From the human T2T-CHM13v2.0 reference genome, Homo sapiens, in assembly GCF_009914755.1 (NCBI RefSeq), contig NC_060941.1: a stretch of DNA of 64,000 nt. One strand, given 5' to 3'. A model generated the notes under the pieces. The model saw only the letters and a program-made list of their open reading frames with translations. It was not told where the DNA came from and did not search any database. Made by a program: the position numbers and the translations under genes. Below, piece after piece: positions 1-13,945 of this stretch; position 1 is the stretch's first letter, and every line of letters begins with the position of its first letter.

Positions 1-719
1 CTAAAAATACAAAAAATTAGACAGGCGTGGTGGCGGGCACCTGTAGTCCCAGCTACTCAGGAGGCTGAGGCAGGAGAATGGTGTGAACCCAGGAGGCAGA
101 GCTTGCAGGGAGCCCAGATGGCACCACTGCACTCCAGCCTGGGCAACACCGTGAGACTCCATCTCAAAAAAAAAAAAAAAGAAAAGAAAAGAAAGAAAGA
201 AATGGGGTCTCACTGTATCGCCCAGGCTGGTCTCAAATTCCCAGCCTCAAGCAGTCCTCCCACCTCAGCCTCCCAAAGTGCTAGAATTACAGGTGTGAGC
301 CATTGTACCAGCCACATGCACCACGGAAAACCAAACCATCTGCGATCCAGAATGACTGGGGAGTGGGAAGCTCTGAGGAAGCAACTCAGCTGGGCACAGT
401 GGCTCAGGCCTGTAATCCTAGCACTTTGGGAGGCCGAGACAGGCGGATCACCTGAGGTCAGGAGTTCAAGACCAGCCCGGCCAATATGGTGAAACCCCAT
501 CTCATCTAAAATACAAAAATTAGCCAGGCGTAGTGGCACACTCTTGTCATCCCAGCTACTCAGGAGGCTGAGGCAGGAGAATCACTTGAACCCAGGAGGC
601 AGGGGTTGCAGTGACCCGAGATGACGCCACTGCACTCCAGTCTAGGTGACAGAGCGGGACTCTGTCTCGACAAAAAAGAAAAAGAAAGAAGAAGCAACTC
701 AAAGAAAAATGACCTGTAG

Positions 720-930
720 TAGTGGTTAATTAACACTTATGGGTGCTTCCTACGTGCCAGGACCCGTCCAAAACGCTTTAGAAATATGACCCATTTATTT
801 CTCATATCAACAGCAGGAGAGAAGAGGTGCTTATTAGCCTCAGTTTACAGATGAGGGGACTCAGGCTCAGAAAAGTCAAATAACTTCTCCCAATGTCACA
901 CAGGCAGTCTAGCTTCAGAAACATGGTTTA
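720..930. mobile_element. MIR SINE fragment (similar remnants at ~35690-36030, 39500-39650, 41020-41170, 48590-48790)
   Basis: tttacagatgaggggactcaggctcagaaaagtcaaataacttctcccaatgtcacacag is the MIR core. Confidence 0.65.
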
Positions 931-1359
931 ATTCCGTGTTTTCAAACCTTTTTGTTCATCTCACAGCAAGAAATACATTCTACATCAGCTCCCAGTGTAC
1001 ACATACGCGTCCGCATAGAACCGAAACGGAGTCCAAAAACAGAATAATACTCGCCGTGTCCAATGCACTCATCTTGAGAGAGAAAAACCCCTGCCTGCCT
1101 GGAGCTTGCGTTTGACTGGAGGGAGACAGTGAATAAGACCCACATGCAAAATTGCAGCATCCACGGTGGTAATTTGGGGAATGCTGTAGAGAAAAATGAA
1201 GCAACAAAGGACAAGGGTGGCCAAGGAAGACCGCCCGGGTGCTTCTGTTGCCAACTGCACTAATTTCAATGAGCTGTTTCCCACAGTGCGAAAACGCCTT
1301 CCCTTAATCGCTCCACTCTAATGCCTCCCTGTATGCTTGAGGGCTCTTTCTCCTAGATT

Positions 1360-1910
1360 GTGTGTGCACACATGTATGTGGCAGTGTGCACATGTATGTA
1401 CATGTGCAGGTGTCTGTGTATGCATGTATGTGGCAGTGTGCCATGTATATACGTGTGCAGGTGTGTATGTGTGTGCATGCATGTATGTGGCACTGTGCCA
1501 TGTGTATACGTGTAGGTGTGCATGTGTGTGCATGCATGTATGTGACAGTGTGCCATGTACATACGTGTGCAGGTGTGCAGGTATGTGTGTGCATGCATTT
1601 ATGTGGCACTGTGCACATGTACATATGCAGGTGTGTGTGCATGTATGTACATGTGAAGGTGTGAATGTGTGCATGTATGTATGTGACAGTATGCCATGTG
1701 TTTACATGTGCATGTGTGTGTGTGTGCATGCATGTATGTGGCAGTGTGTCACGTATATACATGTGCTGCTGTGCGTGTGTGTGCATGCATGTGACAGTGT
1801 ACCATGTGTATACGTGTGCAGGTGTGTGTGTATATGTGTGCATGCATGTATGTGGCAGTGTACCATGTATATACATGTGCTGCTATGCATTTATGTGTGC
1901 ATGCATGTAA
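1360..1910. repeat. Degenerate TG/CATG-rich minisatellite (alternating purine-pyrimidine)
   Basis: Recurrent blocks gtgtgcatgcatgtatgtggcagtgtgccatgtatatacgtgtgcagg; source of the His/Thr/Cys/Val ORFs. Confidence 0.9.
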
Positions 1911-3810
1911 CCAAGTGCAAGTCCACCCCCCACTCACTTCCTCACCGAGGAGGCTTTGGAGACAGAGGCAGAACCCGAACATGTAGCTGTGCAGTGTGCC
2001 ACAGGAGCTTGCCCTGCAGAGGGGGCTGGAATGGCACCTGAAATCTAGCCCAGGCATCACTAGCCAAAGCCGTGAGTGCCAGACACGTGCCCCAGCTCAC
2101 GTCTGTAGTCCTGAGGAAGGTGACTCTTGTTATCATTGGTCCACCCAGAGGGGAGCATCTTTTGCAATTCCCAGGGGCAGCGCCGATTTCTAACGTGCAT
2201 CAAGGTGCCCTATGTGCTAGAGTGTCCTAAGGGAGACAGGCGACGACTCACAGAAATAAAAATCACTCCCTGGGAAAAGCCTAGTGTACTGGGCACCCCG
2301 GGGAGGGTGACAGATGTGGGTCTGGGGGGAGACAGGATTGCAGCCAGCTCTGAAGCAGCTGGGGCCAGTTGGGTAGCCTCCACCAAGGGCATTTGGAACT
2401 TGGCACTAGGGTGAAATCTTCAGGCTCTTCCCTTAAGTTAAAGAGACATATAAAAATGTTACCAGCATGGGCGGCAAGAGCATTGCCTGTGGGAAACACA
2501 GCCAATCTTTGCTAAGGAATAAGTGTAATTGATCAAAACAGATGACTTGATGGACCTTCCAACTGTGCTTTTAGCAAAGTGGACAGTTTTTCATTCAAAT
2601 GCAAACTCATCCAGATAAAATCTAATAATGGAGATTTTGGAACAATCCCAGCATCAATGATTTTTTTTCCTCCTTCACTGAGCAGGAAGGCATCTTAAAT
2701 TCCTGGTTGCAGCTTGACCCAACCGGACACCACCAGTGTGCTGCTTTCCGCGTGGCTGAGGAGACCGTGACAGTTCACAGACACAGCAAAGGGCTCCCAC
2801 GCCACCCCCATCCCCACCTGACCTCTCCTCCTTAGCCCCATTCCCACTCCCTGACCTAGAAAGAGCTCGGTGGACGCTCAATTCCAGGCAATCATTTATT
2901 CAGCCATTATGCGTTGAGCTTTGACTGCTGCAAAGCACCGTGCATACTACCAGAAGGGGGTTCAAAGATGACTAAGATCAGGCCCTGTCCTCAGAAAAGA
3001 GAGCAGATGCGAGGGGAGAGAGATGACAGGAGACCCGGTGAAGGTCTCAGCTCACCCCAACGAGCACTTAATCTTTCTGAGCTTCGGTTTCCTCTTTTAT
3101 CCAGTGAAGACGCTGGACTAGACATGGTCTCTGGGCACCAGGCCAGCCGGAAAACGAGATGGGCCTAAGCCTCCCCTTGCCCTCTTGCTCCCAGACTCCT
3201 AGAAAGCCAAGAGGCCGGGCGCCGCCTTCTAAGAAGAAAACGAGTCCGCAGAGGGGGCTGGTGAGGGCCGTGGCCCTTCCCTGAAGTTTGCACGTGGCCC
3301 CAACACACAGAGCAGCCTGGAGAAGAGGAGACTAAGTTCAGAAAATGGAGTGGAAGGTTCGGCCTTCCGCGGTTAGGAAAGCGGAGCTCAGAAGGATCGG
3401 GGATTTCCGGGAGATGGGAAGCCCCTGGGGTGTGTGCAGAGAGGGGTGACAGACAGAAGGGTGACAGCACCCGGTGGCGCCAAGGGATCTGGCGGGGGCC
3501 AGGCCGGAGGGAGGGGCTGGGGGATGTCAGGGCCACGGAGCGCAAAGCGCAAAGGCCCGGGCGCCGGCCCTGCCGCCGCCGCCAGTTCATTTTCATAGAG
3601 TCGCCCGAGCTTAACGTCGCCTTGCACGTGTTTTCTAAGCTCCACAGGTGGCTTTGGGGTACACGGGCGCAGCTCACCCTCCTTCCCGCCCGCTCCCCGG
3701 CCCCGAGCTCGAGGTTAAACAGGGCCGCGGAGTCGGCCGGGAAGGGGTCCCGGCAGCCCGGGGTGGGGGGCGCGCGGCGGGGTCGAGCGGGGTCTGGGGG
3801 GGGCGCCCAC

Positions 3811-4648
3811 CTGCGGAGAAGTCGTCCTCGCGGTCGGAGCTGTGCCGGCTGCCGTCGCTGTCTCTCTCCGGCGAGCTGTGGCCGGGCGAGTCCCGCTCGG
3901 GCACCCGCAGGAACCTGCGGCGCCGCCACGGGGGCAGGTGCTCGCGCCCGGGGGTCTCCTCCGCGGCGAGGGGCGAGCCCGGGCGGCCCTTGGCCTCGGC
4001 CTCCCGCTGCTCCAGGTCGCGGGTCCCCCGCTGCGGCCGCCGCCCCCCGGGGATCAGGTGCATCCAGCGGCGGGGGCTGCGCGCCCGCTCGCGGGTCCCG
4101 AACCGGCAAGGGGCCACCAGCCAGTGGCTGAGGATGAACTTCTCGTTGAAATCCACCATCTCGAAGTCGTGGTCGCCGCCGTCGCCCCCCTCGTCCGTGC
4201 CGGGAGCCGCCTGGGGGTCCCCGAGGGGCGCGTCGTCCTCCCGGGCCCGGAACCGCAGCTGGGGCTGCAGGAGCTGCCGGTGGACGGCGTCGGCCCAGCT
4301 CCTTCCCCCGCCGGCTTCTCCGGCCGCCCCGGGCCCGGCGGGCAGGTCCCCGCGGGGAGACTCGGCCTCGGGGTCGGGGCGCCCGGGGTCCCCGCGGGGA
4401 GACTCGGCCTCGGGGTCGGGGCGCCCGGGCTCCCCGGAGTCTCCGCCGCCGCCCCGGGCCAGCGCGGCCTGCGGGAGCGAGGCTTTGAGCTGCTCCTCCG
4501 CCAGCACCTGTTGCAGCCGCTCCAGGTTGAGTCTGCGGCGCTCCAGCTCCCGCTCCGCGTCCCGCACCGACTCCAGCCTCGGGACCGGCGCCTCCGCCCC
4601 GGGGAACTCGGCCCGCCAGCGCCGCTCGAACGCGCGGGGGTCCCACAT
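3811..4648 (-). CDS. ABR: Distal first coding exon of ABR (long isoform) with a BCR-type N-terminal oligomerisation coiled coil; 279 codons + 1 nt, spliced to exons left of this window
   Basis: The ORF starts MWDPRAFERRWRAEFPGAEAPVPRLESVRDAERELERRRLNLERLQQVLAEE, collinear without gaps with the BCR N-terminus (MVDPVGFAEAWKAQFPDSEPPRMELRSVGDIEQELERCK, recalled). Donor GCAG|GTGGGC lies at minus 3811/3810, right after ...SSDREDDFSA. The exon sits in a CpG island, and its position and strand relative to BHLHA9/TRARG1 match ABR, the BCR paralog. Confidence 0.85.
4345..4428. repeat. Perfect 2 x 42-bp in-frame tandem duplication inside the ABR exon (PGRPDPEAESPRGD x2)
   Basis: ggtccccgcggggagactcggcctcggggtcggggcgcccgg occurs at 4345-4386 and 4387-4428. 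Confidence 0.95.
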
Positions 4649-5092
4649 GCCCCGAGCTCCGTCCGCGCCGACCCTTCCCCGCGGCCCCCGAAGAGACCAG
4701 AGGGAAAGTCAAGTGTCCCCTTCCGCCCTCGCGCCTCCTCCCCGTCTTCTTCCTCTTTTCTTCCCCTCCTGGGTTTCGCCTCCCTGACGTCGGCGGCTCC
4801 TCGCGGCGGGGGCGGGCGCCCCGGGGATGAGAACCCGCCCCGGGCATCCCACAGCCAGCTCGGGCCGCGGAGCCGCCGGGGGAGGGCGGGAGCTGCGGGG
4901 CCTGGACTCGAGCCTTCGCCGCCCGCCCCGATCCCGGCCCCGGACCCCGCCCGCCCCGCTCCCCTGTCGGCCCCGCTCCCTGCACCCGAGCGCGGGGCCC
5001 CGGACACCCTCCTGCCGGGCCGGGGGAAGACGTGGGGGCTGAGGGCGGCGTGGCTGGTGCCACTGCGGACCCGCGGGGTCGCCCTGCGCCGG

Positions 5093-5215
5093 GATTGATG
5101 GATTGATTGATTGATGATTGATTGATTGATTGACTGATTGATTGATTGATTTTCCTTTTTTGAGGCCAGGTCTCGCTCTGTCGCCCAGGCTGGGGCACAG
5201 TGGCGCGATCGTGCC
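5093..5215 (-). repeat. (GATT)n microsatellite at the tail position of a 3' Alu fragment
   Basis: A gattgattga... run at 5093-5150 is directly followed by ttttttgaggccaggtctcgctctgtcgcccaggctgg (Alu 3' end, minus strand). Confidence 0.8.
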
Positions 5216-5662
5216 TTAAACTCACGTGACGAAGATCACGGAGCAGTTTAGTCCAAATCCGGGGGTAACGCTTCGGGGTTCTGTCGGCCCCTGTAAGCTT
5301 CTCTCCTCTTCTCACTGAAGCTCTTCCGGGAAAAACACCCAAGGATGACTGAGCCAAGCGGCTCTAGCTGGAGGCGCCCGGGACCTCAAAGCTGGACTCC
5401 CCGGGGACTGAGTCCAACCGTGGCTGCAGGGGCCGCGGCCTGGCGGAGGGTCCGCGTGGGTGTCTACGAGGATCCCCCCCGTTCCATCTCCTCTTTGCGG
5501 CCTCAGACACTTCCCCTGGGGAGGACGAGAAATGGGAGCTGGGCCGGGCGCGGTGGCCCACGCCTGTAATCCCAGCACTTTGGGAGGCCGAGGTGGGCGG
5601 GTCACCTGAGGTCCGGAGTTCGAGACCAGCCTGACCAACATGGAGAAACCGCGTCTGTACTA

Positions 5663-6033
<371 letters not shown>

Positions 6034-6036
6034 TCA

Positions 6037-6546
<510 letters not shown>

Positions 6547-7990
6547 TTAATTCATTCCTCAAGGCTACAAGGAAGCAAGGAAGATGTTTCTTAACCACAA
6601 ATGTGCCATGTGTTTGCGCCCTTTCTTGGCTCCCGTCGCGTACAGGGTGGAGTCCAGACTCCTTGGCCTGACGCAGGAAGTCCTCCCACATCTGGTCTCT
6701 GCCCACGTCGCTGCCTTCTTCCTATAATTTAGCCTTGCCAGCTCAAAGCTGGCCCCAAAGACCTCACACCCTTTTCCTTTTCCTTGGAACTTCTCATCTC
6801 TCCCTACACGCTTGCAAAAGTCCCCGCTGCCTGGGGACCTCCCCCTCTGATGAACCTTTTCAGCCCCTCCTCGCCCTTGTTTGTATCAGCATTGGATCTC
6901 ATGCCTGCCTTTTATCTTTGTTTGCCCTTGTTCCACCTTTTTTTGTTTCTTTTCCTGTAGAGAGGCAACGGCTTCTCCATCTCATCTCACTCCCTGAAAC
7001 GGCAGGGGGCCATGAGCAAATGGAACAAATTTCAAATCCACCATCTCGGCCAGTTGCGGTGGCTCACACCTGTAATCCCAGCACTTTGGGAGGCCGAGGC
7101 AGGTGGATGACCTAAGCTCAGGATTTCAAGACCAGCCTGGCCAACATGATGAAATCCCGTCTCTACTAAAAACACAAAAATTAATCGGGTGTGGTGGCGG
7201 GTGCCTGTAATCTCAGCTACTCCCAAGGGAGGCTGAGGCAGGAGAATGGCTTGAACCCAAGAGGTGGAGGCTGCAGTGAGCAAAGATCACGCCATTGCGC
7301 TCCAGCCTGGGTGACAGAGCGAGACTCTGTCTCAAAAAAAAAAAAAAAATCCCCCAAAAAGACAAAAAAATCCACTATCTCAAAGTCGTGCTCACTGCTG
7401 TTGCCCCCATCATCTCATGTTGCCCAGGCTCCTCTTGAACTCCTGGGCTCAAGCAGTCCACCCTCTCTGCCTCCCCAAGTGCTGGGATTACCAGCATGAG
7501 CCACTGGGGATTCCACCTGTAGGGTAGCGGTGCAATTACTGCTCACTGCAGCCTGGACCCCCTGGGCGGAAGCCATCCTCCCTCCTCAGCCTGCGGAGTA
7601 GCTGGGACTACAGGCATGTGGCATCATGCCTGGCTAATTTTTGTATTTTTCGCAGAGATGGGGGTCTCACTGTTGCCCAGGATGCTCTGGAACTCCTGGG
7701 CTCAAGCAATCGGCCTGCCCTGGCCTCCCACTGTGCTGGGATTACGGGCGTGAGGCACTGCATTGGACTCCACTTTATTGTAGTTACCAGTGAGACCTTC
7801 TGTTTCCCCTACTCTAAGAACCCCTCAAGTGCAGAGATTGTGTCTTTTTTCATTTTTGTATTCCGACACCTTCTCGCAGAGTGTGGTATAGAGATGACTG
7901 ATAATTGTTGAAGGAAAGAAATGAACGAACGAACAAACAGACAGATGCATGAACCCCCTCCTTGCCTCCTGCTGGGCTCTCCTGTCCTGA

Positions 7991-8352
<362 letters not shown>

Positions 8353-8957
8353 TGATCCGCCCGCCTCGGCCTCCCAAAGTGCTGGGATGACAGGCGTGAC
8401 CCACCGCGCCCGGCCTCTTTCTTTCTTTCTAACTCGGTGTGCCACTGGCATGAATCATCCCAGTGTTTGTCTTCACGCCAGACTGCTATGGAGAAATGGA
8501 TATGTTTTTTGTTATTATTATTCTATTTTTTTTTTTTTGAGATAGAGTCTCACTCTGTCACCCAGGCTGGAGTGCAATCCCCATTCACTGCAACCTCCGC
8601 CTCCCAGGTTCAAGTGACTCTCCTGCCTCAGCCTCCCGAGTGGCTAGGATTGCAGGCACGTGACACCACACCCAGCTAATTTTTATATTTTTAGTAGAGA
8701 CGGGGTTTCGCCATGTTGACCAGGCTGGTCTCGAACCCCTGACCTCAGGTGACCCCCCCACCTCGGCCTCCCAGAGTGCTGGGATTACAGGCGTGAGCCA
8801 CCGTGCTCCACCCACGTGTTTTAAATACACTACTTTGGCCGGGTGCGGTGGCTCATGCCTGTAATCCCAGCACTTTGGAAGGCCGAGGCGGGCAGATCAC
8901 CTGAGGTCAGGGATTCCAGACCAGCCTGGCCAGTATGTTGAAACCCCGTCTCTACTA

Positions 8958-9155
<198 letters not shown>

Positions 9156-10031
9156 CTAACTTCCTATTCCCCAGTTTGAGTGATTTCTCGATCTTTCACC
9201 TAGCTCCTCAACCTGCTTTCTCTCCCACCTTCACTGCACATCCCAGGGGCCATCACAATCTCCTTTGTCCACTGAGAAGGACTGAGAAGCTTCCAATGCC
9301 TATCGCCAGCCCACGCCAGGGAGAGTCCATCAAAGGGAGTCCACGACATCTTGGCCTCTGTATACAGATTTCAGAATGGGAGAGGAAGAGCAGTCCAGAA
9401 GTGAGGGATGACCCCAGGCAACAGCATATTGGTTGGAAACTGTTTCAATATGTATATTTAAATGCACCAAGAAAAAGAAAACTACAGGTTACTAATACGC
9501 ATCCATTTCTGAAAGTGCAAGTTCCCTGGGAGGATAGTTTCAAATCTGTCCTTTAATTAAAGCCGTGGTATGATTCTCTTTTGGCCCAAGGAAATTGTTA
9601 CCAATACCACTAATTTTTTCCACAAGGACCAGTAGAGCTGGAAATGGCAGCACACATCATCTTCTATAAACAGATCCCAGGAGCAGCCTGCATTGTCCCC
9701 AGCTGGTGGATAGCTCAAGCTTTATGACTTGGCTCTGGGTCCTCATGGGGACAGGGGTAGGCTGCTGACATTTATTGAGTCCACACCTCTAGCTGCCATA
9801 CATTTTTTATCTCTTCTAATTCCTCACAGCAACCCTGTGAAGAAGGTATTATTGTCGCCGCTTCAGACAGACAGAAATGGAAGGTCAAAGAGGTTAGAAG
9901 CCACACAGCTAGTCTGCTGAATTTTTTTTTTTTTTTTTTTTTTGTTGTTGTTGTTGAGAGACAGGGTAGGCGGGGCACAGTGGCTCATGCCTGTAATCCC
10001 AGCACTTTGGGAGGCCGAGGCAAGTGGATCA

Positions 10032-10292
<261 letters not shown>

Positions 10293-11071
10293 TCACTCTG
10301 TCACCCAGGCTGGAGTGCAGTGATGCTATCATAGCTCACTGCAGCCTCAGCCTCCGGTACTCAAGCCATCCTTCCACCTCAGCCTCCCAAGTGCACGCCA
10401 CCACACCCAGCTTTTTTTTTTTTTTTTTTTTTTTTTTTGTAGAGACAGGGTCTCCTTATGTTCCCCAGCCTGGTCCAGAAATCCTGGGCTCAAGCGATCT
10501 TCCTGCCTCAGCCTCCCAAAGTGTTGGGATTACAGGTGTGAGCCACCACGTTCAGCCTGCTAGATTCTGTAGTCCTGCAGCTTTGTAAGAACTTGGTCCA
10601 GGTGCATCTGTCACTGGCATTTCTTTAATCAATAAATATTTGTTGAGCACCCACTAGGTCCCAGGGCCTGGCAAATTAAGTTTAAACTTCGTTTTTGGTT
10701 TATTTTTTTGAGACAAGGTCTTGCTCTGTCTCCCAGGCTGGAGTGCAGTGGCCGCAATCTCAGCTCACTGTAACCTCCGCCTCCCAGGTTCAGGCGATTC
10801 TCCTGCCTCAGCCTCCTGAGTGGCTGGGATTACAGGCATGCACCACCACGGCCAGCTAATTTTTGTATTTTTAGTAGAGACAGGGTTTCACCGTGTTGGT
10901 CAGGCTGGTCTCGAACTCCTGACCTTGTGATCCACCCACCTCGGCCTCCCAAAGTGCTGGGATTACAGGTGTGAGCCACCGCACCCCACCAGGCACCCAG
11001 TTTTCTAGAATTTTTGTCACTACAGTCTTGCCTTTTCTAGAATTTTTTTTTTTTTTTTTTTTTTTTTTTAG

Positions 11072-11257
<186 letters not shown>

Positions 11258-12106
11258 TAGGCTGGTCTCAAACTCCTGGGCTCAAGCCCGTCCTCCCACC
11301 TCGGCCTCCCAAAGTGCTGGGATTACAGGTGTGAGCCACCGCATCCGGCCCCTTCCTAGAATCTTGTATGAAAGAATGTAGTCTTGGTGTTGGACTGTTG
11401 AAACAACACAGTGTTTCTGAGTTCAACCTGCACTGTTGTTTACATCTCCTTCCTTCCCTTCCCATACCCCAGGGTCGGAAATAGGCATTTTAACACACTA
11501 GGTGGAAACAGGCATTCAACCTTCATTCTAACGCTGTGACAAAAGTGTTATTATCATTATTTTGCAGATAAACAAGTGTGGTTTGATGAGATTAAGACAG
11601 TCATTCAGGGCCAGGCTTAGTGTCTGACGCCTGTAATCCCAGCACTTTGGGAGGCCGAGGCGGGCAGATCACCTGAGATCAGCAGTGAGACCAGCCTGGC
11701 CAACATGCTGAAACCCCATCCTCACTAAAAACAAAAAAAAAATACAAAACACAAAACTCAAAAATCAGCTGGGCGGGGTGGCGGGTGCCTGTAATCCCAT
11801 CTACTCAGGAGGCTGAGGCAGGAGAATTGATTGAACTCGGGAGGCCGTTGCAGTGAACCAAGATCACACCATTGCACTGCAGCCTGGGCAACAAGAGCAA
11901 AACTCCGTCTCAACAAACATAAAAGATAGTCATTCAAGTTTGTGTAATTCATTCCTTTTTATTGTGGAAGAATATTCCATTGTATGAATATACCCCTATT
12001 TGTTTATTCTCCAGTTGATAGACATTGGAGTTGTCTCTGTGTGGACAAGTGTTTTCATTTCTATTCCCCACAAAAAATACAGAAATGGGATTGCTGGGTC
12101 ATAAGG

Positions 12107-12454
12107 AAACTGTATGTTTAACTTTTCTTTTTTCTTTTTTTTTTTTTTTTTAATTTTGAAACGAAGTCTCGCTGTTTCGCCCAGGCTGGACTGCAGTGGC
12201 GCTATCTTGGCTCATTCTGCCTCCCGGGTTCACGCCATTCTCCCGCCTCAGTCTCCCGAGTAGCTGGGACTACAGGCGCCCACCACCGTGACCGGCTAAT
12301 TTTTTGTATTTTTTTAGTAGAGACAGGGTTTCACTGTGTTAGCCAGGACGGTCTCGACCTCCTGACCTCATGATCCGCCTGCCTTGGCCTCCCAAAGTGC
12401 TGAGATTACAGGTGTGAGCCACCGCGCCCGGCCAAAACTGTATGTTTAACTTTT
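12107..12454 (-). mobile_element. AluY-type insertion with a 20-bp target-site duplication
   Basis: aaactgtatgtttaactttt at 12107-12126 and 12435-12454 flanks a minus-strand Alu with Y-type diagnostics (ttcacgccattctc, gttagccagga). Confidence 0.85.
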
Positions 12455-13022
12455 AAAGATATTACCATACAATGTTTTCCAAAGTGTCTGTACTATTTTC
12501 CTTTTTTTTTTTTTTTAATTTTTTGTATTTTTAATAGAGACGGGGTTTCGCCATGTTGGCCAGGCTGGTCTAGAACCCCTGACCTCAGGTGATTCGCCTG
12601 CCTCGGCCTCCCAAAGTGTTGGGATTACAGGCGTAAGCCACCACGCCCAGCCTGTTTTCCATTATTAACAGCAATGTGTGTGCATCTCATTGTTCTATGT
12701 GCATGTCAACACTTAGTGTTGTAAGTTTTTTTTGCTTTAGCCACTTTAGTGGGTATATAATACTATCTTGTTGTGGTTTAATTTGATTATTAATGATGTA
12801 TAACATCTTTTCATGTACTTATTGACCATTTGCATATTTTCTTTTATGAAGTGTTTGTTTACATCTTTTGTCCATTTTTTATTGGATATCCTTTTAGAGT
12901 TGACTTGTAATAGTCCTTTTTTTATTTTTATATTTTTTGAGACAAGGTCTTGAGGTCTGTTGCCCAGGCTGGTCTGGAACTCCTGGGCTCAAGTAATCTT
13001 CCCACCTCAGCCTCCCAAGTAG

Positions 13023-13271
<249 letters not shown>

Positions 13272-13509
13272 TGAGACTCAAGCGATCCTTCCACCTCGGC
13301 CTCTTGAGTAGCTAGGATTACAGGTACGTACCACCACGCTCAGCTAATTTCTGTATTTTTTGTAGAGACCAGGTTTCACCATGTTGTTAGGCTGGTCTCA
13401 AACTGCTAGACTCAAGTGATCCACCTGCCTCAGCCTCCCAAAGTGCTAGGATTACAGGCCTAAGCCATTGCACCTGTCCTGTTTAGTTCTTTTCTTTTTT
13501 TTTTTTTAG

Positions 13510-13696
<187 letters not shown>

Positions 13697-13847
13697 TAAC
13701 AAGGTTGGTCTCGATCTCCTGACCTTGTGAGCCACCCACTTCAGCCTCCCAAAGTGCTGGGATTACAGGCGTGAGCCACCACGCCCAGCCATGGCCTGTC
13801 TAGTTCTTTATATTATTTATTCATGCTCTTTGTCAGATATATAAATA

Positions 13848-13871
13848 TAGATAGATAGATGATAGATAGAT

Positions 13872-13921
<50 letters not shown>

Positions 13922-13945
13922 CAGACAGAGAGATAGAGAGATAGA
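13848..13945. repeat. (GATA)n tetranucleotide STR
   Basis: Long tagatagataga... run with gatgata interruptions, ending in gaca/gaga units. Confidence 0.95.

Larger units (their letters stand above)
3380..5100. promoter_or_regulatory. CpG island / promoter of the distal ABR exon
   Basis: Very high GC and CpG density with multiple GC boxes; CRE-like TGACGTCG at 4785-4792 just upstream of the minus-strand ATG; E-box TCACGTGAC nearby at 5222-5230. Confidence 0.85.

Noticed and set aside
3674-3810. C-terminal ~44 codons of the 324-aa ORF
   Set aside because: They lie beyond the GCAG|GTGGGC donor and are probably intronic read-through.
3811-4648. Interpretation as a BCR pseudogene
   Set aside because: The frame is intact, with a promoter island and splice donor. 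Divergence from BCR is far too high for a recent copy, and it sits upstream of ABR in the right orientation.
3165-5357. 730-aa minus ORF and the overlapping 379/418/317/233-aa ORFs
   Set aside because: Stop-poor GC-rich CpG island; low-complexity Arg/Gly/Pro/Ala products, one running through an STR and an Alu fragment. Only the frame starting at 4648 shows recognisable homology.
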